DNA from: Actinomycetota bacterium
GTDB lineage: Bacteria; Actinomycetota; Actinomycetes; Actinomycetales; Microbacteriaceae
Assembly: GCA_013297625.1 (NCBI GenBank)
Contig: JAAFHT010000001.1
Span: 2,200-66,199, forward strand
Reading direction: 5' to 3'
Length of the DNA: 64,000 bases
Part shown: positions 19,123 through 27,350 of the stretch, in pieces
How the letters are laid out: every line of letters starts with the position of its first letter
How positions within the stretch are numbered: position 1 is the stretch's first letter
Position numbers and translations under genes: made by a program
The notes under the pieces: model-generated
What the model was told of the DNA's origin: nothing
The model's database searches: none
The model's input: the letters and a program-made list of their open reading frames with translations, nothing else

Positions 19123-19142
19123 TGTATGCTTGTGTGCATACA
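19123..19142. promoter_or_regulatory. inverted repeat TGTATGC-N6-GCATACA, candidate operator
   Basis: Perfect 7-bp arms centred in the 47-bp gap between the divergent genes at 19111 and 19159. Confidence 0.4.
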
Positions 19143-19158
19143 GTAGAGAGGGCTCGGC

Positions 19159-19674
19159 ATGAGCATGCTTATTCGTGAGCAACGCGTGCGCACCGGCGTG
19201 AGCGTGCGCGAGCTCGCCCGCCGTCTCGCCGTGAGTCCCGCGACGATTCAGAACTATGAGCGCGCCGAAGCGAGTGGGCGTATACAACTCGACACGCTAC
19301 GCCGTGCGCTCGCCGCTCTCGACGCGGAGGTGAGTGTTCGAGTGATGCCGTTGGCAACACTGCACCTGGAACGTCGGGAAGAGCGTGTAGCTCTTGAACT
19401 GCACAAGAAGGTCGCGGAGCATCTCCTGCGTGATGCGGATGCAACCCTCGCGAACGTCAACCGCATCTCGATCGAGGCCCGGCGACGAGTTGATCCGTAC
19501 ACGGCCGCGCTCCTCGACGAGTGGATGCGCTTCGCTGACGCACGCGATCTGCCCGGTCTCTTGCACGCGATGACCGCCACAGATCAGCACTCGATCGACA
19601 TGAGGCAGGTCGGACCGTTCAACGGTGTGCTGAGCGACGACGAGCGACTCGACGCGATTCGGCGGGCGCGCTGA
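19159..19674 (+). CDS. XRE-family helix-turn-helix protein with an all-alpha C-terminal domain
   Basis: RTGVSVRELARRLAVSPATIQNYE is a Cro/C1-type HTH. About 100 aa of helical C-terminus of unknown family. GAGAGGG RBS. Confidence 0.8.
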   Translation: MSMLIREQRVRTGVSVRELARRLAVSPATIQNYERAEASGRIQLDTLRRALAALDAEVSVRVMPLATLHLERREERVALELHKKVAEHLLRDADATLANVNRISIEARRRVDPYTAALLDEWMRFADARDLPGLLHAMTATDQHSIDMRQVGPFNGVLSDDERLDAIRRAR

Positions 19675-20225
19675 TGGCCACGAACGCGGAGCTGCAGATC
19701 GCACTGAAAGAGGCGGGGCGCCTCGTTCGGGGTGGTCGGTTACTCGTGATTGGCAGTCAGTCGTTGCTGGGTACCTTCTCGCACGACGAGCTTCCTGCCG
19801 AAGCGACAGCGTCTCTCGAGTTCGACGTGGCAGTCTTCGGGGACATCGACTCGCAGGCGGCCGACCGAATCGACGGAGCGCTTGGAGAGTGGTCAGATTT
19901 CCACGATGCTCATGGCTTCTACGTGCAGGGCGTCGACGTCGACACCGCTGTCGTGCCTGCGGGTTGGCAGGACCGCGTGACGCGGGTGCCGGTGCTCGAA
20001 GCCCCTGACGTCGAGGCAGTGTGCCTAGACCCGCACGACACGTGCGCGGCCAAGCTTGCACGCAATGAGGAGCGGGATCGAGATTTCGTCCGAGCACTCG
20101 TCGACGCTAGCCTGATCGACCCTTTGACCTTGGCTGAGCGCATCACCATGATTCCCGACGACAGGCTTGAAACCGCCCGCAAGCGCGTAGTGCTGGCCTT
20201 CGTGCGAAGTCTCGCGCCGCGATAG
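19674..20225 (+). CDS. minimal nucleotidyltransferase-fold protein (DUF6036-like)
   Basis: [11 protein letters not shown] (hG[GS]), LEFDVAV ([DE]h[DE]h), [23 protein letters not shown]. Its ATG shares one nt with the upstream TGA. Confidence 0.65.
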   Translation: MATNAELQIALKEAGRLVRGGRLLVIGSQSLLGTFSHDELPAEATASLEFDVAVFGDIDSQAADRIDGALGEWSDFHDAHGFYVQGVDVDTAVVPAGWQDRVTRVPVLEAPDVEAVCLDPHDTCAAKLARNEERDRDFVRALVDASLIDPLTLAERITMIPDDRLETARKRVVLAFVRSLAPR

Positions 20226-20231
20226 ACTCAT

Positions 20232-20310
20232 CCGCGTCGCAACTGGCGTTCGGATGGGTCACCATCAGGGAGCGACCGACACGGTGTGGGGCCGTACGCC
20301 TGGGCCCCCA
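20232..20310 (+). promoter_or_regulatory. ZTP (pfl-motif) riboswitch
   Basis: GUCGC-AACUGGCG-UUC-GGAUGG-GUCA-CCAUC-AGGGA-GCGAC, a linker, then GGGGCCGUACGCCUGGGCCCC. This matches the P1/P2 and CGCCUGGGC pseudoknot/P3 signature. It lies directly upstream of glyA-folD. Confidence 0.8.
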
Positions 20311-20358
20311 GCAGAACCCCGCTGGCTGCGGCCGGCAGACCCTCGAAGGAGAACTCCC

Positions 20359-21636
20359 GTGTCTGACAAACTGCCCTCGTCGTTCAACGACGCCCTCATC
20401 GACGTCGACCCCGAGATCGCCGCGGTTCTCGAGCAAGAGCTTGGCCGCCAGCGCGGAACGCTCGAGATGATCGCGAGTGAGAACTTCGTCTCGCGCGCCA
20501 TTCTCGAAGCCCAGGGTTCGGTGCTCACCAACAAGTACGCCGAGGGCTACCCCGGCAAGCGCTACTACGGCGGCTGCGAGTTCGTCGACATCGCCGAGAA
20601 CCTCGCGATCGAGCGGGCCAAGGCGCTCTTCGGCGCCGAGTTCGCCAACGTGCAGCCCCACTCGGGCGCGCAGGCGAGCGCGGCCGTGCTGCATGCCCTC
20701 GCGATGCCCGGCGACACGATCCTCGGCCTCGAGCTGGCCCACGGCGGTCACCTCACGCACGGCATGAAGCTCAACTTCTCGGGCAAGGTCTACAACGCCA
20801 CGAGCTACGGCGTTGACCCCGAGACAATGCTCGTCGACATGGATGTCGTGCGCGCCAAGGCGCACGAGGTCAAGCCGACCGTCATCATCGCCGGCTGGTC
20901 TGCCTACTCACGTCAGCTCGACTTCGCGGCCTTCCGCGCGATCGCCGACGAGGTGGGCGCCAAGCTCTGGGTCGACATGGCCCACTTCGCCGGTCTCGTC
21001 GCCGCGGGCCTGCACCCCTCGCCGCTGCCGCACGCGCACGTCGTCAGTTCGACCGTGCACAAGACCCTCGGTGGTCCGCGCTCGGGCATCATCCTCAGCA
21101 ACGACGAGTCGCTGTTCAAGAAGCTCAACTCGGCGGTGTTCCCGGGTCAGCAGGGTGGGCCGCTCATGCACGTCATCGCCGCGAAGGCCGTGGCGTTCAA
21201 GCTGGCCGCGACCCCTGAGTTTGTCGAGCGACAAGAGCGCACCATCCGCGGCGCGCAGCTTCTTGCGGCTCGCCTCACGCAGGCCGACGCGATTGCGGGT
21301 GGCGTCAACGTGCTGACGGGCGGCACGGATGTTCACCTCGCGCTCGTCGACCTGCGCGAGTCGCCCCTCAACGGCCTCGAAGCCGAAGACCTCTTGCACC
21401 ACGTTGGTATCACCGTGAACCGCAACGGCGTTCCGTTCGACCCGCGGCCGCCGATGGTGACCAGCGGCGTGCGCATCGGTACCCCGGCGCTTGCCACTCG
21501 AGGATTCAACGACACCGAGTTCACCGAAGTGGCCGACATCATCGCCCACACCCTCATGCCGAACCCCGACGTCGCGGCGCTGCAGTCGCGTGTCGCGGCG
21601 CTGACCGACGCGTTTCCGCTCTACCCGGGGCTGTAA
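20359..21636 (+). CDS. glyA: serine hydroxymethyltransferase
   Basis: Full-length SHMT similarity, with the PLP lysine in [12 protein letters not shown]. Start trimmed to GTG 20359 behind GAAGGA. Confidence 0.95.
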   Translation: MSDKLPSSFNDALIDVDPEIAAVLEQELGRQRGTLEMIASENFVSRAILEAQGSVLTNKYAEGYPGKRYYGGCEFVDIAENLAIERAKALFGAEFANVQPHSGAQASAAVLHALAMPGDTILGLELAHGGHLTHGMKLNFSGKVYNATSYGVDPETMLVDMDVVRAKAHEVKPTVIIAGWSAYSRQLDFAAFRAIADEVGAKLWVDMAHFAGLVAAGLHPSPLPHAHVVSSTVHKTLGGPRSGIILSNDESLFKKLNSAVFPGQQGGPLMHVIAAKAVAFKLAATPEFVERQERTIRGAQLLAARLTQADAIAGGVNVLTGGTDVHLALVDLRESPLNGLEAEDLLHHVGITVNRNGVPFDPRPPMVTSGVRIGTPALATRGFNDTEFTEVADIIAHTLMPNPDVAALQSRVAALTDAFPLYPGL

Positions 21637-21638
21637 TC

Positions 21639-22541
21639 GTGAGCGCTTCTGGTTCTGGCCAGATCGCGCAGAAGCTCGACGGCACCGCGACCGCAGCGGC
21701 CATCAAGGCCGAACTGCGGGCGCGCGTCGACGCGCTGCGCGAGAAGGGCATTGTTCCCGGCCTGGCGACGGTGCTCGTCGGTGACGACCCCGGTTCGCAG
21801 TGGTACGTCGCGGGCAAGCACCGCGATTGCGCCGAAGTCGGGATCGCGTCGATTCGGCGCGATCTGCCGGCGACGACGAGTCAGGCCGAGCTCGAATCCG
21901 TCATCGACGAGCTGAACGCCGACCCCGCGGTCACGGGGTTCATCGTGCAGTTGCCGCTGCCGAAGCACCTCGACACCGACGCGATTCTTGAGCGCGTGCA
22001 TCCCGATAAAGATGCCGACGGGCTGCACCCCACCAACCTGGGGCGCCTCGTGCTGCGCGTTGATCGCCCGATCGACACGCCCTTGCCGTGCACGCCGCGC
22101 GGGGTAATCGAGCTTGTCGAACGGCACGGGTTGTCGTGGGCCGGCAAGGACGTCGTGGTTGTGGGTCGCGGTGTCACGGTCGGTCGCGCGATCGGCTCGC
22201 TGCTCACGCGCCGCGAGTACAACGCCACGGTCACGCTCACCCACACGGGAACGCGCGATCTCGGGGCGCATCTCCGGCGGGCTGACGTCATCGTCGCGGC
22301 GGCGGGCGTGCCGGGCATCGTGACAGCGGCCGACGTCAAGCCTGGCGCGATCGTTCTCGACGTGGGCGTCTCGCGGCTCGTCGACCCCGACACGGGGGTC
22401 TCTCGCATAGCGGGCGATGTGGCCGACGATGTGGCCACCGTCGCCTCGTGGATTTCGCCGAACCCCGGAGGCGTCGGGCCGATGACGCGCGCGCTGTTGC
22501 TCGCGAACGTCGTCGAGACAGCCGAGCGCGCCGCGGTCTAG
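21639..22541 (+). CDS. folD: bifunctional methylenetetrahydrofolate dehydrogenase/cyclohydrolase
   Basis: [16 protein letters not shown]..., [22 protein letters not shown] blocks. Starts 2 nt after glyA. Confidence 0.95.
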   Translation: MSASGSGQIAQKLDGTATAAAIKAELRARVDALREKGIVPGLATVLVGDDPGSQWYVAGKHRDCAEVGIASIRRDLPATTSQAELESVIDELNADPAVTGFIVQLPLPKHLDTDAILERVHPDKDADGLHPTNLGRLVLRVDRPIDTPLPCTPRGVIELVERHGLSWAGKDVVVVGRGVTVGRAIGSLLTRREYNATVTLTHTGTRDLGAHLRRADVIVAAAGVPGIVTAADVKPGAIVLDVGVSRLVDPDTGVSRIAGDVADDVATVASWISPNPGGVGPMTRALLLANVVETAERAAV

Positions 22542-22545
22542 CAGG

Positions 22546-23442
22546 TCAGTAGCGGCCGGCGGCCAGCCGCAGTCGCACGGGCTGGCCCGGCCGCAGCTGA
22601 GCGAGCAGGTCGAGCGAGGCATCCACCACGACCGCGATGACGGGATACCCGCCCGTCACCGGATGGTCGGGCCCCAGCACGGTGGGCGCGCCGTCGGGAG
22701 AGATCTGGATGCTCCCGCGCAGCATCCCCTCGCTCGCCAGTTCGACGCCCACCAGGTCGGGCACGCGCTCGAGTGCGGGCCCCTCGAGGCGCACTCCCGT
22801 GCGGTCGCTGCGGGCCGAGGTGAGGTAGTCGCTCGTCGTGAGTAGTCGCCAGGCCTCGGCTGTGAACCAGTCGTGGCGGGGCCCGGGGCGCACCCTGAGC
22901 TCGACGACCCCGTCGCGGGGCGGATCAATCGGCACGAGGTCGGCGGGTGGCACGGGCGTGGCAGGTTCGGGGCCAATCGGCAGCATGTCGCCCGTGCGCA
23001 GGGGTTCGGGGCCCAGGCCCGCGAGAGTGTCGCGCGAACGCGAGCCGAGCAACGCCGGCACCGCGAGCCCGCCACGCAGAGCAACCGTCGTACGCAGGCC
23101 GTGCGTCACGGTGCCGAGGTGTAGCTCGGCCGGGGTTTCCACGCGCGTTGCGGTGTGCGGCTCGACTGCCCGGCGCGCGCCCTCGTCGGTGACGAGCACG
23201 GCGTCGCTCCACGCGCCGGTCACGGCGAACCACGTGCCCGCCGGCAGCGCGAGCCGCAGCCCGCCGAGCAGACTCTCGATCGCCGCGGCGTGGTCGGGGT
23301 TGCCGACGAGGCGGTTGGCCAAGCGATGGGCCGACCTGTCGAACGCGCCCGATGCGCTGACCCCGAGAGAGGCGTAGCCGGGCCGGCCGAGGTCGTGAAT
23401 GAGCGCGAGCGGGCCCGGCTCGATGACGCGCGCCGCGCTCAC
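22546..23442 (-). CDS. pxpC: 5-oxoprolinase subunit C (KipA / allophanate hydrolase subunit 2 family)
   Basis: IEPGPLALIHDLGRPGY..G...SGAFD signature. GTGA overlap with pxpB; the ORF start 23514 is rejected. Confidence 0.85.
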   Translation of the reverse strand: MSAARVIEPGPLALIHDLGRPGYASLGVSASGAFDRSAHRLANRLVGNPDHAAAIESLLGGLRLALPAGTWFAVTGAWSDAVLVTDEGARRAVEPHTATRVETPAELHLGTVTHGLRTTVALRGGLAVPALLGSRSRDTLAGLGPEPLRTGDMLPIGPEPATPVPPADLVPIDPPRDGVVELRVRPGPRHDWFTAEAWRLLTTSDYLTSARSDRTGVRLEGPALERVPDLVGVELASEGMLRGSIQISPDGAPTVLGPDHPVTGGYPVIAVVVDASLDLLAQLRPGQPVRLRLAAGRY

Positions 23443-24065
23443 GAGGGCCTCGCGACGAAACGCACGCGCGTGCCGGGGGCGAGCAGCGCGGGGGAGTCGC
23501 GGTCGAGGCTCCACAACTCGGCGTCGGTGTGGCCGATCAACTGCCAGCCGCCCGGCGAAGCGTGCGGGTAGACGGCGGAGTACTCGGCCGCGAGCCCGAG
23601 GGATCCCGCGGCGATGAGCGGGCGCGACGTGGCGCGGCGAGGCACGGAGGGCAGGGGTGCCGACGCTGCGGCGGGCACCAGGTAGCTAAAGCCGGGCGCG
23701 AAGCCGATGAACGCGCAGACCCAGGGCGTGGCGGTGTGACGCGTGGCTACGGCTTCGAGCGAGCATCCCCAGGTCTCGGCCACGACCGCGAGATCGTCGC
23801 CGTCGTACGTGACGGCAATCTCGACGAGGGGTCCGTCTCCGTCTCCGGCGGGTGCCACGGGGGCGTGGGCGGTCAACCACTGCTCAGCGGCGCCGAGCCC
23901 CATGACGCGCGGCTCGATGCGCACGAGTACCGTGCGGGCGGCGGGCACCAGTTCGACGATGCCCGCGGGCGCCTCGGCCACCCAGAGCTCGTGTGCCGCG
24001 CGCACGAGGCTGAGGCTCTCGAACTCGGCAATCAGCGCGCGGTCGCCAGACGGCAACAGCCTCAT
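23439..24065 (-). CDS. pxpB: 5-oxoprolinase subunit B (KipI family)
   Basis: GFAPGFSYL and YPHASPGGWQLIG blocks. ATGA overlap with pxpA. Confidence 0.85.
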   Translation of the reverse strand: MRLLPSGDRALIAEFESLSLVRAAHELWVAEAPAGIVELVPAARTVLVRIEPRVMGLGAAEQWLTAHAPVAPAGDGDGPLVEIAVTYDGDDLAVVAETWGCSLEAVATRHTATPWVCAFIGFAPGFSYLVPAAASAPLPSVPRRATSRPLIAAGSLGLAAEYSAVYPHASPGGWQLIGHTDAELWSLDRDSPALLAPGTRVRFVARPS

Positions 24066-24814
24066 GCGAACGCCGCGACCTCGACCCCGGCGGCGTCGAG
24101 CGCCGATCGAACGGCACGCGCGATCGCCGCGGCGCCCGGAGTGTCGCCATGCAAACAGACCGACTCGGGCCGCACGGTCAACGACGTGCCGTCGACCGCC
24201 TCGATCGTGCCGTCCACGACCATGCGCACGACGCGCGCGGCGACCACCTCAGGGTCGGTGATGACGGCGCCGTCGAGGCCCCGCGGGGCGAGAGTGCCGT
24301 CGGCCAAATAGCCGCGGTCGGCGAACGCCTCGGGCACGAATCGTACTCCGGCGCGATCGCACGCGGTCTCGATAGCCGAGCCGGGCAACCCCAGCACCGG
24401 CAGCCTCACGGTCGAGGCAATGTGGGCGATGACCTCGGCCACGTCGAGGTCAACCGCGATGCGGTTGTAGAGGGCGCCGTGGGGCTTGAGGTAGCGCACG
24501 GCCCCGCGCGCGTGCGCGGCCATACCCGCGAGGGCTGACACCTGATACAGCACATCGGCGTGCAGCTGTTCGGTGGGTACTTCCATGTCACGCCGACCGA
24601 AACCGGCGAGGTCGCGATAGGCCGGATGCGCTCCGATCGCCACCCCGTTGGCCACCGCCCCCCGGCACGCCGTGAGCATCGTGGCCGGGTCGCCCGCGTG
24701 AAAACCACAGGCGATGCTCGCACTCGTCACGAGCGGAAACATCGCGTCGTCGTCGCCCATCGTCCACGCGCCGAATGACTCGCCGAGATCGCAGTTGAGA
24801 TCGATGAGCGCCAT
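24062..24814 (-). CDS. pxpA: 5-oxoprolinase subunit A (LamB/YcsF family)
   Basis: IDLNCDLGESFG, ACGFHAGDP and LKPHGALYN blocks. Confidence 0.9.
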   Translation of the reverse strand: MALIDLNCDLGESFGAWTMGDDDAMFPLVTSASIACGFHAGDPATMLTACRGAVANGVAIGAHPAYRDLAGFGRRDMEVPTEQLHADVLYQVSALAGMAAHARGAVRYLKPHGALYNRIAVDLDVAEVIAHIASTVRLPVLGLPGSAIETACDRAGVRFVPEAFADRGYLADGTLAPRGLDGAVITDPEVVAARVVRMVVDGTIEAVDGTSLTVRPESVCLHGDTPGAAAIARAVRSALDAAGVEVAAFA

Positions 24815-24889
24815 GCCGAGAGCCTACGACCCCAAGCGGCGGCGCGGGCCCTCCTGAGCACGCCGGTCGACTGGTCATAGAGTTTGACT

Positions 24890-25552
24890 ATGGATACTGA
24901 CGCGCGTTCCCGGTCTCGGGTGCGGTTAGCGATCCTCGATGATCACGAACTGCTACTCGACAGCCTGTCGTCGTGGATCGCCGCTCACGCCCGCGACTTC
25001 GACCTCGTGCTTACGGCGCCCACGTGGTTCGAACTCGTTCAGAGTGATCAGTTTCCGACTGATCTGGTGTTGCTCGACTTTCAACTCAAAGAGCCCGTGT
25101 CGATCGAGGCGCGCGTGCGCACGTGCCGGGCTGCGGGCGCGAAGGTTATTGTGCTGACGAGCCTCGACACAGCGGAGGCTCGAGAGCGAGCGTTGGCGGC
25201 GGGGGCGTCGGCGTTTGTGTCAAAGGTTGAGCCGTTGAGCGAGGTCATGGAAACCGCGCGGCGGGTCATGGGCATGGAAGCGTCGGGCGATACCGCGCGT
25301 GATTGGCGGCCGCTGCCAAAGGGGGCGCTGCAGCACGCTCGCCCTAAACTGTCGACGAGCGAGCGTGAGGCCTTGGCGCTGTATGCGAGTGGATACAGCT
25401 TGGCCGAGGTCGCGAGCCACATGAACGTGCAGTATGAGACCGCAAAGACCTATTTGCGGCGCGTGCGCGAGAAGTACTCCCGGGCAGGGCGCCCGGCGAG
25501 CACGAAGGCCGACCTGATTCGTCGGGCGGCAGAAGACGGACACTTGCAGTAA
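24890..25552 (+). CDS. NarL/LuxR-family response regulator (orphan)
   Basis: Receiver residues ILDDH, LLDFQL (acceptor Asp), VLTS and FVSK. C-terminal LuxR HTH LSTSEREALALYASGYSLAEVA. No kinase gene adjacent. Confidence 0.85.
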   Translation: MDTDARSRSRVRLAILDDHELLLDSLSSWIAAHARDFDLVLTAPTWFELVQSDQFPTDLVLLDFQLKEPVSIEARVRTCRAAGAKVIVLTSLDTAEARERALAAGASAFVSKVEPLSEVMETARRVMGMEASGDTARDWRPLPKGALQHARPKLSTSEREALALYASGYSLAEVASHMNVQYETAKTYLRRVREKYSRAGRPASTKADLIRRAAEDGHLQ

Positions 25553-26238
25553 TGGCCAAGCTCTACTTTCGATACGGCGCAATGAACAGCGGCAAGAGCA
25601 CCTCGCTGCTGCAAGCGGCCTACAACTACGAAGAGCGCGACCAAGAGGTCGTGCTCGCCAAGCCCCGCATCGACACGAAGGGCGACCAGACCATCGTGTC
25701 GCGGCTGGGGGTGACGCGCCCGGTCGATTTCACGATCGATGCGGCCGACGACGTCTACACCCGGTTTCAAGCGCATCGTGCGGCGGTCATCCGCGAGACC
25801 GGGCGCGACGTCTCGTGTTTGCTCGTTGACGAGGCCCAGTTCTTGACGATGCAGCAGGTTGATGACCTGCTGCGCATCGCCGTGCGCGAAGACGTGCCGG
25901 TGCTCGCCTACGGCATCCGCACCGACTTTCAGACAGTGGCATTTCCGGGCAGCCGCCGGTTGCTCGAGATCGCGCACTCGCTCGAAGAGTTGAAGACGAT
26001 CTGCCGCTGCGGCCGCAAAGCCATCTTCAACGGGCGTTCGATCGACGGGGTGTTCGTCTTCGATGGCGATCAAGTGGCGATCGATGGCGTGGATGTGACC
26101 TACGAGTCGCTGTGTGCGGCCTGCTATCTCGACGAGTCGGGCAACAATCTCGCTTCAGGATGGCGCGCACCCGTGCCCCTCGACGCCGTCGACTCTCTCG
26201 CTGCCGGCTCGCTCGGCCCGCACGCCGACTTCAGCTAG
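25552..26238 (+). CDS. tdk: thymidine kinase
   Basis: P-loop GAMNSGKST, VDEAQF, and zinc ribbon CRCGRK...CAAC. TAATG overlap with the regulator gene. Confidence 0.92.
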   Translation: MAKLYFRYGAMNSGKSTSLLQAAYNYEERDQEVVLAKPRIDTKGDQTIVSRLGVTRPVDFTIDAADDVYTRFQAHRAAVIRETGRDVSCLLVDEAQFLTMQQVDDLLRIAVREDVPVLAYGIRTDFQTVAFPGSRRLLEIAHSLEELKTICRCGRKAIFNGRSIDGVFVFDGDQVAIDGVDVTYESLCAACYLDESGNNLASGWRAPVPLDAVDSLAAGSLGPHADFS

Positions 26239-26257
26239 CACCCCTGCTCACGGGCAC

Positions 26258-26297
26258 ACAAAAATGAGGACCGCCATTGGCGATCCTCAATTTTTGT
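26258..26297. terminator. AT-rich bidirectional intrinsic terminator
   Basis: ACAAAAATGAGGA...TCCTCAATTTTTGT, about 13 bp with one bulge and T runs on both strands. Lies between tdk and tRNA-Pro. Confidence 0.55.
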
Positions 26298-26370
26298 CGG
26301 GGTAACAGGATTTGAACCTGCGGCCTCGTCGTCCCGAACGACGCGCGCTACCAAGCTGCGCCATACCCCG
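26297..26370 (-). tRNA. tRNA-Pro (anticodon CGG)
   Basis: The reverse complement folds as a cloverleaf: acceptor CGGGGTA/TACCCCG, anticodon loop TTCGGGA, T-loop TTCAAAT. CCA is not encoded. Confidence 0.95.
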
Positions 26371-26399
26371 GTGCTACCCGAGCGAACCAGGGCAACCCG

Positions 26400-27350
26400 T
26401 CAAGAATAGCCGATGTCGTCACCGACGAGTGTCACGAGCACGGCCTCGGGCGGGCATGCGAAGCGCACGGGGGCGTAGATCGACGTGCCGATGCCCGCCG
26501 AGACGTTGAGGTACGACGCGTGGTGAGCGTGGTGCCAGACCGAGAGGCCTCGTGCTCGGTCGCGCGGCAGGTCGCAATTGGTGATGATCGCGCCGCCGCC
26601 GGGCAGGCAGACCTGCCCGCCGTGCGTGTGACCCGCGAAGATCACGTCGGCACGCTGCGTCGTGAAGGCGTTGAGCACGCGCTGGTAGGGGGCGTGCGTA
26701 ACGCCGATCATGATGGCCGGGTCATCGGTGTCGTCGTCGTCGAGCTCGCGCAGGGAATCGACGAGTCCGGGAAGAATGTCGAGTCTGTCCCAGCCGCGGT
26801 GTGCATCGTTGGTTCCCATGAACTCAAGAATTGAACCCTTGATCGTCAGTTGCGCAACCGCGTTGTTGAGCGAGGACCAGCCGAGGCGCTCGCCGAGCAG
26901 GCTCTCGAGCGCTTCGGTGTCGAGGGCAACCGCGGTCTCGGTCTCGCCTTTCGAGGGGCCCGCGAGGTACTTGAACGGGTTCTTCGGAGTGGGCGCGAAG
27001 TAGTCGTTTGACCCGTGCACGAAAACACCGGGAACTCCATCGAACGCCATGAGTGCGTCAGTGAGCGCCGGCAGGGCATCGACGTGTCCCAGGTTGTCGC
27101 CCGTGTTGATGACGAGGTCGGGGGCAAGGCTGGCGAGCGACCGAACCCAGGCGACTTTCTCGCGCTGCCAGGGCGCGAGATGCAGGTCGCTCAGGTGCAG
27201 AATGCGAATCGGGTCAGCGCCCGGGGCGAGCACCGGAACAACCTCGCGGCGCACGCGATACGCGCGTCGTTCGAACGCCGAGGCATACACGGCGACGGCC
27301 GCCGCGACCCCGAGGGTCGCGACGGCCGCCGTGCGAAGGGCCGAGTTCAT
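26400..27350 (-). CDS. membrane-anchored metallophosphoesterase
   Basis: N-terminal TM span. LHLSDLHL, TGDN, VHGSND(Y) and AGHTHGGQ motifs. TAATG overlap with the PBP gene. Confidence 0.85.
   Translation of the reverse strand: MNSALRTAAVATLGVAAAVAVYASAFERRAYRVRREVVPVLAPGADPIRILHLSDLHLAPWQREKVAWVRSLASLAPDLVINTGDNLGHVDALPALTDALMAFDGVPGVFVHGSNDYFAPTPKNPFKYLAGPSKGETETAVALDTEALESLLGERLGWSSLNNAVAQLTIKGSILEFMGTNDAHRGWDRLDILPGLVDSLRELDDDDTDDPAIMIGVTHAPYQRVLNAFTTQRADVIFAGHTHGGQVCLPGGGAIITNCDLPRDRARGLSVWHHAHHASYLNVSAGIGTSIYAPVRFACPPEAVLVTLVGDDIGYS

Noticed and set aside
19543-19566. R129-x6-H136 in the HTH protein as evidence for a HEPN RNase domain.
   Set aside because: A single short pattern at the loosest allowed spacing is expected by chance in an Arg/His-containing helical domain. 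It is mentioned in the finding but is not used to call a HEPN domain.
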